This document shows positions 9,278 through 17,916 of a stretch of DNA of 60,441 bases, one piece after another. The DNA is taken from contig JANNVX010000072.1 in the NCBI GenBank assembly GCA_031414595.1, forward strand, positions 1 through 60,441, in the 5' to 3' direction. Made by a program: the position numbers and the translations under genes. Within the stretch, counting starts at the first letter, position 1; each line of letters starts with the position of its first letter. This DNA is from Deinococcales bacterium (GTDB lineage: Bacteria; Deinococcota; Deinococci; Deinococcales; JAAFIG01). Under the pieces are notes generated by a model. It worked only from the letters and a program-made list of their open reading frames with translations. It was not told the origin of the DNA and searched no databases.

Positions 9278-9814
9278 ATGAATAATTTTCCTCGAGTTCT
9301 CGGAATTGGGCTTCTCGGTATTGCTGGCGCACTAGGCATCTCGAGCGCTCAGAATATAGGCACAAGCGCCCCCGAATTTCAAGCCGATGGGATTTGGCTT
9401 AACAGTCCTGCTAAAAAAGTTTCTGATTTTAAGGGTAAGGTGCTGCTGGTCAACATCTGGGTTCATTCGTGCATTAACTGCCACAATAGCTTGCCGACGC
9501 TTCGAGCCTGGTATGCCAAGTACCAAGCCCAAGGTTTTGAAATTGTTGGTGTTCACACGCCCGAATTTGAAAGTGACAAAGACCCCAATATCCTCAAAGC
9601 TAGTTTAATCAAAGACAACGTGACATGGGCGATTTTTCAAGATAATTTAGAGCGAACTTGGCAAGCCTATAACAACCGCTATTGGCCCGCTTTTTACTTT
9701 GTGGACAAAAACGGCAAAATCCGAGTGACCCATGCTGGCGAACTCTCAAGCCGCTATCCAAATGCTATTCCGGGACTCGAGAAAACCATTCAGGGCTTGT
9801 TAGCCGAAAAATAA
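9278..9814 (+). CDS. secreted redoxin/thioredoxin-like protein (DipZ-like)
   Basis: Signal peptide, CINC motif, GVHTPEF, NRYWPA. Confidence 0.9.
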   Translation: MNNFPRVLGIGLLGIAGALGISSAQNIGTSAPEFQADGIWLNSPAKKVSDFKGKVLLVNIWVHSCINCHNSLPTLRAWYAKYQAQGFEIVGVHTPEFESDKDPNILKASLIKDNVTWAIFQDNLERTWQAYNNRYWPAFYFVDKNGKIRVTHAGELSSRYPNAIPGLEKTIQGLLAEK

Positions 9815-9826
9815 ATCACGGCTTAT

Positions 9827-9967
9827 TTAAGTACAACCCCGAAATGTTTTAGAGTTTTGTTCCTAAAACATTTCCGACTAACAGGAGTAAGGGCAACGTA
9901 TCTCACGCTGGAATGACAGAATTGACGCTTTTCTGGAAATTCTAAAATGAAAGCGTGAGATACTTAG
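9827..9967 (-). mobile_element. ~140-bp MITE-like element, copy 1
   Basis: Highly similar to the reverse complement of 51822-51962; short terminal inverted repeats, two internal hairpins, YTAR-type ends. Confidence 0.8.
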
Positions 9968-10536
9968 GTCTCTTGGGATTCGGATTGCAAAGATGTTTGC
10001 TCTGGCTCGAGACTTGGTTGTACAGGCATTGTCTCGAGAACAGGAGCGGGTACAACTTTGGCGGGCAAAAAACTGGCGGCAATTAACAACAACACCCCGC
10101 CGACCACGCCCATATCGGCTAAATTAAAAATAGGAAAAATCTGATTGGGTTGCAAAATTCGGTAAATTGCAGTCAGCCAGTGGCTTTGCAGCATATCCAC
10201 CACATAACCGTACCGAAGTCCGTCTATGGCGTTGCCCCACGCCCCAGCCACAATAAAAGCAAAGGCGACCGACTCGAGTTTAGAACGCGGTTTACGCAAC
10301 AACCAAACCAGAATAGCCGCACCGACCAATAGCCGCACCACAATTAAAACAGGCGTAGCACTCGAGAATAAACTCCAAGCTGCCCCGGTGTTTCGCACAT
10401 GCGCCAAAGACATAAAAGCCGGAAAAGATTCATATGGATGAACCATGCCAAAAGGCACATTAGCAATTGTCCAGAATTTTAGAGCTTGGTCAAGCCCGAC
10501 CCAAATTGCCATAATCCCAATGATTAAACCTTGCAC
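9964..10536 (-). CDS. lspA: lipoprotein signal peptidase II
   Basis: DQALK, NTGAAWS, GAWGNAID, VVD and FNLAD motifs. Confidence 0.95.
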   Translation of the reverse strand: MQGLIIGIMAIWVGLDQALKFWTIANVPFGMVHPYESFPAFMSLAHVRNTGAAWSLFSSATPVLIVVRLLVGAAILVWLLRKPRSKLESVAFAFIVAGAWGNAIDGLRYGYVVDMLQSHWLTAIYRILQPNQIFPIFNLADMGVVGGVLLLIAASFLPAKVVPAPVLETMPVQPSLEPEQTSLQSESQET

Positions 10537-10579
10537 GGGCAGCAGCTTACCCTATTTTCTGTAAACTCGAGAAAGCCAT

Positions 10580-10640
10580 CTTCTTGACCCCTACAGCAGC
10601 ACCTTCTTGACCCCTACGGCAGCACCTTCGGGCTACTCGC
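10580..10640 (-). repeat. 23-bp tandem repeat; member of the AGCCCG-AGGTGC-CAAGA family
   Basis: CTTCTTGACCCCTACAGCAGCAC / CTTCTTGACCCCTACGGCAGCAC (22/23 identical). Confidence 0.75.
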
Positions 10641-10712
10641 AAATATCCCACAGCCCATAAATACCATATGCCCTAAAATTCGACCTAGACAGTAAAAAAG
10701 CCTATTGGAGGC

Positions 10713-10745
10713 ATCACGCTCATATCACACCAAGTTCTGTAGACT
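10713..10745 (+). promoter_or_regulatory. promoter with 11-bp-period direct repeat and -10 TAGACT
   Basis: ATCACGCT at 10713, ATCACACC at 10724, 8 nt, then TAGACT at 10740-10745. Confidence 0.55.
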
Positions 10746-10771
10746 TGGCACAGTTCCAATCAGGAGGATTT

Positions 10772-11323
10772 ATGAAAAAACTGATTTTTGCCGCCATCGC
10801 TTTCTCGAGCCTCGTCTATGCCCAAAGCGCCACCAGTTGGACAACCGACGTTAAAGTTGTCACCCTAGAAGCCAACAAAACCGTTTCGGTCAAAGGTAAA
10901 TTCGAGGATGGCAAGCCAATGGAAGACCTGCGTTGGGCAGCCACCAGCAGCATGGCGTGTTTTCCAGCCACCCAAAATGCCAATTTCAGGGGAAACCATG
11001 TCTTCTTTGCCACCCGTATTCCGACCAGAGGCGAACTGCGAATCAAACTGATTCCCAAGGACACCAATCAAAAAACCAGTATTTATGCCTACAGCGTTGC
11101 CACCAATAATTTTAGGCAGCCACCAGTTGTACAAAGTGCTGTGACCTGCGAAGCCGAACACACTTGGGATCGTCCAAAAAAGGACAAAACCCAAGACCAC
11201 ACCCGTCCACTGCCCGCCCCTTTGGTTTCGATGGGCAATCCGTACAATGTCTTTGTAGGTGTAAGCGGTACAGCCGATGTCAAAGCCGGTGAGTTTACCC
11301 TCGAGTTTGAATGGAAGCAGTAA
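10772..11323 (+). CDS. secreted hypothetical protein
   Basis: AGGAGG RBS, signal peptide ending VYA-Q. Confidence 0.85.
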   Translation: MKKLIFAAIAFSSLVYAQSATSWTTDVKVVTLEANKTVSVKGKFEDGKPMEDLRWAATSSMACFPATQNANFRGNHVFFATRIPTRGELRIKLIPKDTNQKTSIYAYSVATNNFRQPPVVQSAVTCEAEHTWDRPKKDKTQDHTRPLPAPLVSMGNPYNVFVGVSGTADVKAGEFTLEFEWKQ

Positions 11324-11331
11324 CACCACAA

Positions 11332-11365
11332 AATAAAAAGACAGCCTTTGGGCTGTCTTTTTATT
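11332..11365. terminator. bidirectional intrinsic terminator
   Basis: AATAAAAAGACAGCC-TTTG-GGCTGTCTTTTTATT between convergent genes. Confidence 0.9.
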
Positions 11366-11371
11366 AGATTA

Positions 11372-11800
11372 TTACTGCACTGTGACGTTAATTGAAAGCG
11401 TGGAAGTCTGACCTGTTTGGGTGTTTTCTAAAGTAATCAGCACAGGGTACGTCCCAAAACTGTTGGTACTCTCGAGGTCAAAGATAAATTTAAGACTTGG
11501 GTTGCCATTGCTGTCTGTGCCAAGGCTGCATTCGTCCATACTGACTTTTAGGGCATCTGGGGCGACAATATTTTTGACTTTAATAACTTGGTCTAAAGCT
11601 AAAAAACCATATTGCAAACGAATCAGTTGCAAGTTATCAATCAGACTCATGGCATTGATTTCAAAGCTGCTTGTGGTACTGGCAAAAATATCTACCGTAG
11701 CTGTGGTTTGCCAATTGGCGGTTTGTGCAAAGGCAAGACTGGCATAAGTTCCAGAAAGGGCGGTGACCAGAGCGAGGGCGGCGAGTTTTAAGTTTTTCAT
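11372..11800 (-). CDS. secreted hypothetical protein
   Basis: AAGGAG RBS, signal peptide ending AFA-Q. Confidence 0.8.
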   Translation of the reverse strand: MKNLKLAALALVTALSGTYASLAFAQTANWQTTATVDIFASTTSSFEINAMSLIDNLQLIRLQYGFLALDQVIKVKNIVAPDALKVSMDECSLGTDSNGNPSLKFIFDLESTNSFGTYPVLITLENTQTGQTSTLSINVTVQ

Positions 11801-11990
11801 ATTTTTTCTCCTTAAGCGTGGGTGTTTCCCGTTTGCTTAGGGAATAGTTTGCGCTTTGCAAGTGCAGAAAAAACGCAAAACTCGAGGGGATTTGATGAAG
11901 TACCTCGAGTCTTGCGTAAAAACATCTTGTATGGCGTGATGAACAACTAAATCAAGCCGCCATAAAAACAGCCACTTCACAACTTCTGCA

Positions 11991-12824
11991 TCAATACCGT
12001 GGTAAATCCCGTTCGAGTAGGGTTGCACCAGCCCCGCAAGTAATTTTAAGCACTGCATCGCTTGGTTTGGTCTGGGCTAATTTGCAATTAAAGGCATTGA
12101 TTAAACGCACTGGCGCAACAGTGCGCCCTCCTAGCACTTGCACCGGACGCGGTAACTCGAGACTGGTGTTGGCAAAAACATTCTGGACAGTGGTACTGCC
12201 ACGTTCAAGCAACAATTTAATGCCGTTGTATTCCCAAGCCAGTTTGCCATTTTCGGGTTCAAAACGCCCACCAAAGGCTTTGGCAAACTCGAGGGGCGCA
12301 ATAAACGCCACGGTCGGATCAATCACACGGTTTGGGGGCATGGACGTAACCGGAGCAGTACCTAAAACAACCGCGTTTTTACAGGGTAATTCGGCATATG
12401 CCTCACGAAAACCTGTGGTGTTAAAGGTGGCACTCCAAGCTAAATTCATTTTTTCGGGCATGGTCATTCGGGTTTGATTGGACTTGGCAAGACCATCCAA
12501 GAAAGAAAAGGTTGCATTTTGCGCTAAAAGCAACAAGCCGCTTTCGGGTTCAAAACCAAAACGTTGTTGCCGCAGTTCGCCAGTATCAAATTGCCAAGTC
12601 ACCAAAGGCGATTGTTCACGATTTAATTTGATTTTTGGATCGAGTACCACTTCGACTCGAGTTCCGACACAACGCATTTTTAGGCTTGCCCCTCGAGCCA
12701 GAGATTCGGTGGTGACAATCTGATTATTGACACCCGGCGTGCGAATGACGCTAAAGCCATTGGTATTCTGCGCTAAACCCAAACCAAGCAGTGCCGTGCC
12801 GACAAAAACCAAAGTTGTTTTCAT
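11991..12824 (-). CDS. secreted protein with C-terminal copper-amine-oxidase N-terminal-like (stalk) region
   Basis: Signal peptide MKTTLVFVGTALLGLGLA; PVQVLGGRTVAPVRLI resembles the stalk motif; start moved to ATG 12824. Confidence 0.7.
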   Translation of the reverse strand: MKTTLVFVGTALLGLGLAQNTNGFSVIRTPGVNNQIVTTESLARGASLKMRCVGTRVEVVLDPKIKLNREQSPLVTWQFDTGELRQQRFGFEPESGLLLLAQNATFSFLDGLAKSNQTRMTMPEKMNLAWSATFNTTGFREAYAELPCKNAVVLGTAPVTSMPPNRVIDPTVAFIAPLEFAKAFGGRFEPENGKLAWEYNGIKLLLERGSTTVQNVFANTSLELPRPVQVLGGRTVAPVRLINAFNCKLAQTKPSDAVLKITCGAGATLLERDLPRY

Positions 12825-12868
12825 AGGACTATTCTGCCCTAAAAAAATGAGTAGAGCCGTTAAAACCT

Positions 12869-13204
12869 TTATTCCTCGAGAATTCGCACCTCGAGAACAC
12901 CATGTAGGCAGCGAATCTCGGCTTGGGCATTGGGCATGGTCAGCCATGTATTCAGTTCCCTAGGCTCGAGCAGGATTGGGACACAACCATCAAGCCAAAG
13001 CGCAATAGGCGGGTAATGACTGACTTCAAGAATTTCGATTTGCTTAGGGCTAAGTGCCAGTACCGCATGAAAAACCCGCGTGGCAAGCATTTGCCTACCA
13101 ATCGCTTCAAGGTTTTTGGCGGTGCGTTCAAGACTGGTGTGCGGCACAAGCGGCGATATAAAAACCAGAGGGGCGCATAAGCCCCCCTTATGAATGCGCT
13201 GCAT
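12869..13204 (-). CDS. hypothetical protein (true start probably downstream of the ssb hairpin)
   Basis: ORF fills the gap between co-oriented genes; no family recognised. Confidence 0.4.
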   Translation of the reverse strand: MQRIHKGGLCAPLVFISPLVPHTSLERTAKNLEAIGRQMLATRVFHAVLALSPKQIEILEVSHYPPIALWLDGCVPILLEPRELNTWLTMPNAQAEIRCLHGVLEVRILEE

Positions 13205-13209
13205 ATGCT

Positions 13210-14016
13210 TTAAGCCGATGCAGACCGAGCTTGACGTTGACGGCGCACAGGTGGAGCTTCAAATGGAATGTCCTCGGCAGGTGCTTCGGCATTGGCGCTG
13301 TCGGCGTTGCTTCGGCGTTCGAGAATCTCGAGACGGTCAGCACTGATTTGTAATTTAGAGCGTTTTTGCCCAGCGCTATCTGTCCAAGAATCCGACTCGA
13401 GCCGCCCAGACACAAAAATTGGTGTGCCTTTGGGGAGCATGGCGGCGCTTTCGGCTAAAGAACCCCAAAGCGTGACATCTAAGTAATGGGCTTTATCGCG
13501 CCAGTTGCCACTGGCATCTTTCCAAGATTCATTGACCGCCACCGAAACACTGGTGACGGGTGTACCACTGCTGGTGTGACGCAGCACCGCATCCTTGGTC
13601 AGGTTGCCAGCAATTACGGCGCGGTTGACCCCCTCGAGCAGCCTGTACCCACCAGTACGGTCGGCGGTAAGGCGCTCGGTGTTGGATTCTTTCAGCAGCT
13701 CGAGTTGATTCACCCGCAGCACCACTCGGCTGCGTTTCTCGCCAAGGTCATTTTCCCAGGCTTGGTACTCGAGTTTGCCCTCGAGCAGCAGGGCAACACC
13801 CGGCTTGAGGCTTTCTGCCATGCTTTCGGCGTTCTTGGAGATGTACTCGGCACGGTGATACCAAGCCACACTGCGAACCTCGCCTGTGCTGTCGGTGATG
13901 GTGCTGTCTCCTGCCACGGTAAAGGATAAAACGGCAGCGCCATTGGGGGTGTAGCGAAGTTCTGCATCCCGAACCAATGCGCCAATTAAAATAATACTGT
14001 TGATACCTCGAGCCAT
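13210..14016 (-). CDS. ssb: single-stranded DNA-binding protein, Deinococcus-Thermus two-OB-fold type
   Basis: MARGINSIILIGALVRDAELRYTPNG; second OB fold NRAVIAGNLTKDAVLRHTSSG; acidic EDIPF motif. Confidence 0.95.
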   Translation of the reverse strand: MARGINSIILIGALVRDAELRYTPNGAAVLSFTVAGDSTITDSTGEVRSVAWYHRAEYISKNAESMAESLKPGVALLLEGKLEYQAWENDLGEKRSRVVLRVNQLELLKESNTERLTADRTGGYRLLEGVNRAVIAGNLTKDAVLRHTSSGTPVTSVSVAVNESWKDASGNWRDKAHYLDVTLWGSLAESAAMLPKGTPIFVSGRLESDSWTDSAGQKRSKLQISADRLEILERRSNADSANAEAPAEDIPFEAPPVRRQRQARSASA

Positions 14017-14094
14017 AATCTGTTCTCCTTGCTGTTCTCTGTGAATGAATTGCTTGATTGCCTAGTATGCTGCTTTGACACTCGAGTGTGTCGT

Positions 14095-14128
14095 TTATGG
14101 TTATAGCATAATAACACAGGGTTGTCAA
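14095..14128 (-). promoter_or_regulatory. ssb promoter overlapped by an RDRM (DdrO operator)
   Basis: TTGACA (14128-14123)-N17-TATAAC; 17-bp palindrome TTATGCTATAACCATAA at 14111-14095. Confidence 0.8.
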
Positions 14129-14186
14129 GCCCCTCACCTATTGACCGTTACAATAGCTCACTTGTTTACGGTACAATGCTGCACTT

Positions 14187-15113
14187 GTGTTGGTTGTTAA
14201 GAATCTGCAAAAACGTTACGAGAAATTCATTGCCGTCCATGACGTTAGTTTTCATGTGCAACGCGGTGAGGTTTACGGCTTACTCGGTCCCAATGGGGCT
14301 GGCAAATCCAGTACCATTCGGGTTTTGTCTTGCCTCGCCAAGCCCGATTTGGGTTCGGTTCAGATAGACGGCTTAGATATTGTCAGAGACCAAGCAGGAG
14401 TCAAACGCACGATTGGCATTGTGCCGCAGGATTTTGCGCTCTACGATGATTTTTCGGCACTCGAGAACTTGGTGTTTTTTGGGCGCTTGTACGGGATTGC
14501 TGGGCGTGAGCTTAAAATCAGAGCCAATGAACTGCTCGAGGCGGTCGGTTTGCTCGAACGTGGGCATGAGGCAGTCGGGACATTTTCGGGCGGAATGAAA
14601 CGCCGTATCAACATTGCGGCGGGTTTGATGCACAAACCCAAGATGCTCTATTTGGATGAACCAACCGTGGGAATTGACCCACAGTCAAGGCGCAAAATTC
14701 TTGATTTGGTCAAAACATTAAACGCCGGCGGTTTGACTGTGCTGTACACCACCCACTACATGGAAGAAGCCGAGGAGTTGTGTCACCGCATTGGGATAAT
14801 AGACCAAGGCAAAATTATTGCCGAGGGGACACTGCCAGAGATGCGACAAATGGCTGGGGAAACCGCTCCGATTCGCCTCGAGTTACGAGAACCACTATCC
14901 CCCAAGCACCTCGAGCAATTAAAGACCCTAGCCGATGAACTGATTGCCGAGGACAACGCGATTACCTTGTTTACCAAAGACCCCAAAGATGCCTTGTCGG
15001 GGATTTTACAAATGCTGTCTAGCTTTGGGGCGCATGTGCATCATTTAGAACTCGATGAACCAGACTTAGAAACCGTTTTCCTTAAATTAACAGGGCGGCG
15101 ATTGCGTGATTAA
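14187..15113 (+). CDS. ABC exporter ATP-binding protein
   Basis: GPNGAGKS, FSGGMKRR, LDEPT. Confidence 0.95.
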   Translation: MLVVKNLQKRYEKFIAVHDVSFHVQRGEVYGLLGPNGAGKSSTIRVLSCLAKPDLGSVQIDGLDIVRDQAGVKRTIGIVPQDFALYDDFSALENLVFFGRLYGIAGRELKIRANELLEAVGLLERGHEAVGTFSGGMKRRINIAAGLMHKPKMLYLDEPTVGIDPQSRRKILDLVKTLNAGGLTVLYTTHYMEEAEELCHRIGIIDQGKIIAEGTLPEMRQMAGETAPIRLELREPLSPKHLEQLKTLADELIAEDNAITLFTKDPKDALSGILQMLSSFGAHVHHLELDEPDLETVFLKLTGRRLRD

Positions 15114-16287
15114 TGTACTTTTTGTGATTGCTTGGCGTGATTTATTAGCACAATTGCGTTCACGCAGTTTTTTGGTGCAAACGCTGTTGCTGCCGTTTAT
15201 TTTAACCCTTTTAATTGGCAATGCGATTGGTGGGACACGAAAAGCCGAGCCATTACCTGTGGCGGTGGTTGGCACAGGCGAAATTGCACAAAGTATTGGT
15301 GATTTACTCGAGGATTCAAAAATTGCTAAGGTTTTTAGGCTACCTGATGCCCCGAGTGCCGAAAATGCAGTACGAACAGGCGTGGCAACCATGGCGGTGA
15401 TTTTACCCGAACGGTTTGAAACCAAGTTACTGCGAAATGACAAACTCGAGGTGCGGGTACTTATAGACCCCACCAGTCATCAGCGTGGCGAAGTGGTCAA
15501 ACAATTGGTACGTGGTTATATGCAGCAACTCGAGGCGGCACGGGCTGCCATTCTTGGTGGGGTACGAGCTATTGCACCGGCTTCGGCGCAGGAATTACAA
15601 GAAACACTAACTTTGGTGCGTGGCAAAGTGCAAAAGCAATTCCAAACTGCCAGTATCGAATTACAAACCAAAGAAGCCTCTGGGCGCAGCCAAGGGATTT
15701 TTGCCTATTACGCAGTGGCATTCGGGGTGATGTTTACGCTCTTAAGTGCCACCAACGGGGCTGGTGGGGTGATAGATGAACTCGAGCGTGGCACGATTCA
15801 CCGCTTACTATCTGCACCAGTCACCCCTGTATTACTTTTAATTGCTAAATTTATTGCGCTGTGGCTGCTTGGAATTTGGCAACTTGGGGCTTTTGCGCTG
15901 TTCTCGAGCCTTATTTACGGGGTTTCATGGGGTGCGCCGTTGGCGGTTTTTCCTGTGCTATTGGCAACGGCGGCGGCGGCGGCGGGCTTTGGTGGAATTA
16001 TCATTGGCATTTCAAGGTCACGCGAACAACTGAATACTTTATCGTTGGTCTTTGTGTTGGTCATGAGTTTACTTGGCGGTTCGATGTGGCCGCTCGAGAC
16101 GCTGCCCGGGATTGCCCAAGCGCTGTCTAAATTTACCTATAACCGTTGGAGTATCGAGGCGTTTCAACTGACCGCGATTGGTTCAAACGACCCACATTTA
16201 TTTTTAGCGATTGGTGTTCTAAGCAGTATGGCAGTGGTCGGCGTGATTTTTGGGTCTTTTCAACTCTCAAAGCGGTTTTCACGATGA
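15106..16287 (+). CDS. ABC-2 type permease
   Basis: N-terminal TM, extracytoplasmic loop, ExERGTxxRLLSAP, C-terminal TMs. Confidence 0.9.
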   Translation: MINVLFVIAWRDLLAQLRSRSFLVQTLLLPFILTLLIGNAIGGTRKAEPLPVAVVGTGEIAQSIGDLLEDSKIAKVFRLPDAPSAENAVRTGVATMAVILPERFETKLLRNDKLEVRVLIDPTSHQRGEVVKQLVRGYMQQLEAARAAILGGVRAIAPASAQELQETLTLVRGKVQKQFQTASIELQTKEASGRSQGIFAYYAVAFGVMFTLLSATNGAGGVIDELERGTIHRLLSAPVTPVLLLIAKFIALWLLGIWQLGAFALFSSLIYGVSWGAPLAVFPVLLATAAAAAGFGGIIIGISRSREQLNTLSLVFVLVMSLLGGSMWPLETLPGIAQALSKFTYNRWSIEAFQLTAIGSNDPHLFLAIGVLSSMAVVGVIFGSFQLSKRFSR

Positions 16288-17423
16288 ACACCTTCAAAAC
16301 CATCCTGCACATAGCCATTGCCGAAGCCAGACACGTCTGGAAACAGCCCCATTTACTGGCAATGCTGATTATTTTGCCAATTGTCTTCTCGAGTATTTTG
16401 TCAGTTTTACAAAGCAGCGATGTTGGACCAGTGCGAATTTTAATCACTCGCTTTGATACTCCCAAAGCCAAGGCGTTTGAACGTGAACTTGCCAGTCTTG
16501 GGGCAGCCGTCGAAATCGCGGGTTTACGCGCCCAAACCCTTGTGACCACCGCCGACCGAGATGCTTGGGTCAAATTACCGAACAGTTTTGACACCGACAT
16601 TGAACAACTTAAACCCATTAAACTCGAGTTAATCACCAGCGCTGGCAATACTCGAGTCTGGGATGCGATGGAACGCATCAGGGCTGCCGTAATTCGCTTA
16701 CAAACCCCGTACATTGCTGCCATTGCCGCACCAAACACCAATGCGGCGGCTCGAGCCGAAGAATTACTGCAAACCAGTATCATCAATGTCTCGAGTGAAA
16801 AAGTCACAGTCAAAAACAGCAAAGTCATTGAAATTGCTGGTTCAGAACAAATCGCGCCTGGTATGACCCTGATGTTTGCGCTGCTGTTTGGCGCTCAGAC
16901 AGGGCTGGCTTTTTTGCGTGAACGCACGGCTGGCACACTGACTCGGCTTTTTGCTGCCCCCGTCTCGAGGGTGACAATGATTCTTGGTAAATTACTGGGC
17001 AACACTTTGGTGCTTTGTATTCAACTTTTTATCATGGTCACTTTTTCAAATCTGGTCTTGGGGGTGCGTTGGGGCAACCCGCCAGCCCTGATTCTGCCTG
17101 CCTTTGCCTTTGCTTTTGCTTCGGCTGGCTTTGGGGCGCTTTGTGCCGCACTAACCCGCACTCCATCACAACTTGGAGCGTTTAGTGTGCTGAGTGTCAA
17201 TGTGCTTTCGGCATTGGGCGGACTGTGGTGGCCCTTAGAAGTCACCCCCGAATGGATGCAGCAACTTGCCCGTTTCTTACCAACCTACTGGGGCTTAAAC
17301 GCCATGCAGAACGTCATTCTAAAGCAATCCAGTATCCTCGAGTTAATCCCTCATACCCTGATTTTACTGGGTTTTGCGGCGATTTTTATTGCGATTGGCT
17401 CGAGGGCATTTAAGTATGAGTAG
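16284..17423 (+). CDS. ABC-2 type permease
   Basis: ATGA overlap with previous gene; ERTAGTLTRLFAAP; LGGLWWPLE. Confidence 0.9.
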   Translation: MNTFKTILHIAIAEARHVWKQPHLLAMLIILPIVFSSILSVLQSSDVGPVRILITRFDTPKAKAFERELASLGAAVEIAGLRAQTLVTTADRDAWVKLPNSFDTDIEQLKPIKLELITSAGNTRVWDAMERIRAAVIRLQTPYIAAIAAPNTNAAARAEELLQTSIINVSSEKVTVKNSKVIEIAGSEQIAPGMTLMFALLFGAQTGLAFLRERTAGTLTRLFAAPVSRVTMILGKLLGNTLVLCIQLFIMVTFSNLVLGVRWGNPPALILPAFAFAFASAGFGALCAALTRTPSQLGAFSVLSVNVLSALGGLWWPLEVTPEWMQQLARFLPTYWGLNAMQNVILKQSSILELIPHTLILLGFAAIFIAIGSRAFKYE

Positions 17424-17542
17424 AAAAGCATAGGTAAAAAGTAGAAAAGGTTAAAAGGTTAAAGCCAAACCCACTTTTAACCTTTTAACCCTCAAAGCTC
17501 AAAGCCCTTACTTTTAACCCTTTGACCTTTTAACCCTAGCCC
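17424..17542. repeat. short 7-8 nt repeats in inverted arrangement between convergent genes
   Basis: AAAAGGTT units followed by TTTTAACC(C) units. Confidence 0.6.
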
Positions 17543-17800
17543 CTAGGCTTCGACCCGTTTTTTGGTTGGGGTATTGCTTTGTTGCTGCATTTGCGAAGCG
17601 GCTTGTCCGACTTGGACCCCGAACATCCAAGCTAAACGGTGCATAAACGAGACGGTTTCAATATCGCCTGCCAGCACACGGTCACGCATGTAGGCATCCA
17701 CACCTATTGGAAATTGGACACTTTTAACTTCTTCAAGGTTGTGTTGTTTCATGCGTTCAATAAAGGCACGAACTTCGGCTAAACCCTCGGCTTCTTTCAT
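17543..17800 (-). CDS. ddrH: DdrH-like DNA damage response protein
   Basis: GDIETVSFMHRLAWMFGVQVGQAA and terminal RVEA resemble the Deinococcus DdrH core, recognised from memory; leaderless TAAACT-N6-ATG. Confidence 0.7.
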   Translation of the reverse strand: MKEAEGLAEVRAFIERMKQHNLEEVKSVQFPIGVDAYMRDRVLAGDIETVSFMHRLAWMFGVQVGQAASQMQQQSNTPTKKRVEA

Positions 17801-17916
17801 ACGAATAGTTTAGCGCTTTTATCCGAATTTTGGATAGTCTTTACTTTTGGACTCGAGATTTGACAGGTTCTGGTTGCTACCGACGCTCTGGTTCTGGTGA
17901 ATTGGGTTACTGCTAT

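Noticed and set aside
10580-10640. Tandem repeats here and at 24297-24362 as a CRISPR array
   Set aside because: Only two adjacent units, no unique spacers and no cas genes.
12869-13204. SRAP/HMCES-like identity suggested by VPILLEPRELNTWL
   Set aside because: No N-terminal CGR motif and too short; left as hypothetical.
14134-14146. 13-nt identity CTCACCTATTGAC shared with about 55835-55847
   Set aside because: It includes a -35-like TTGAC; two copies are not enough to claim a shared regulator.
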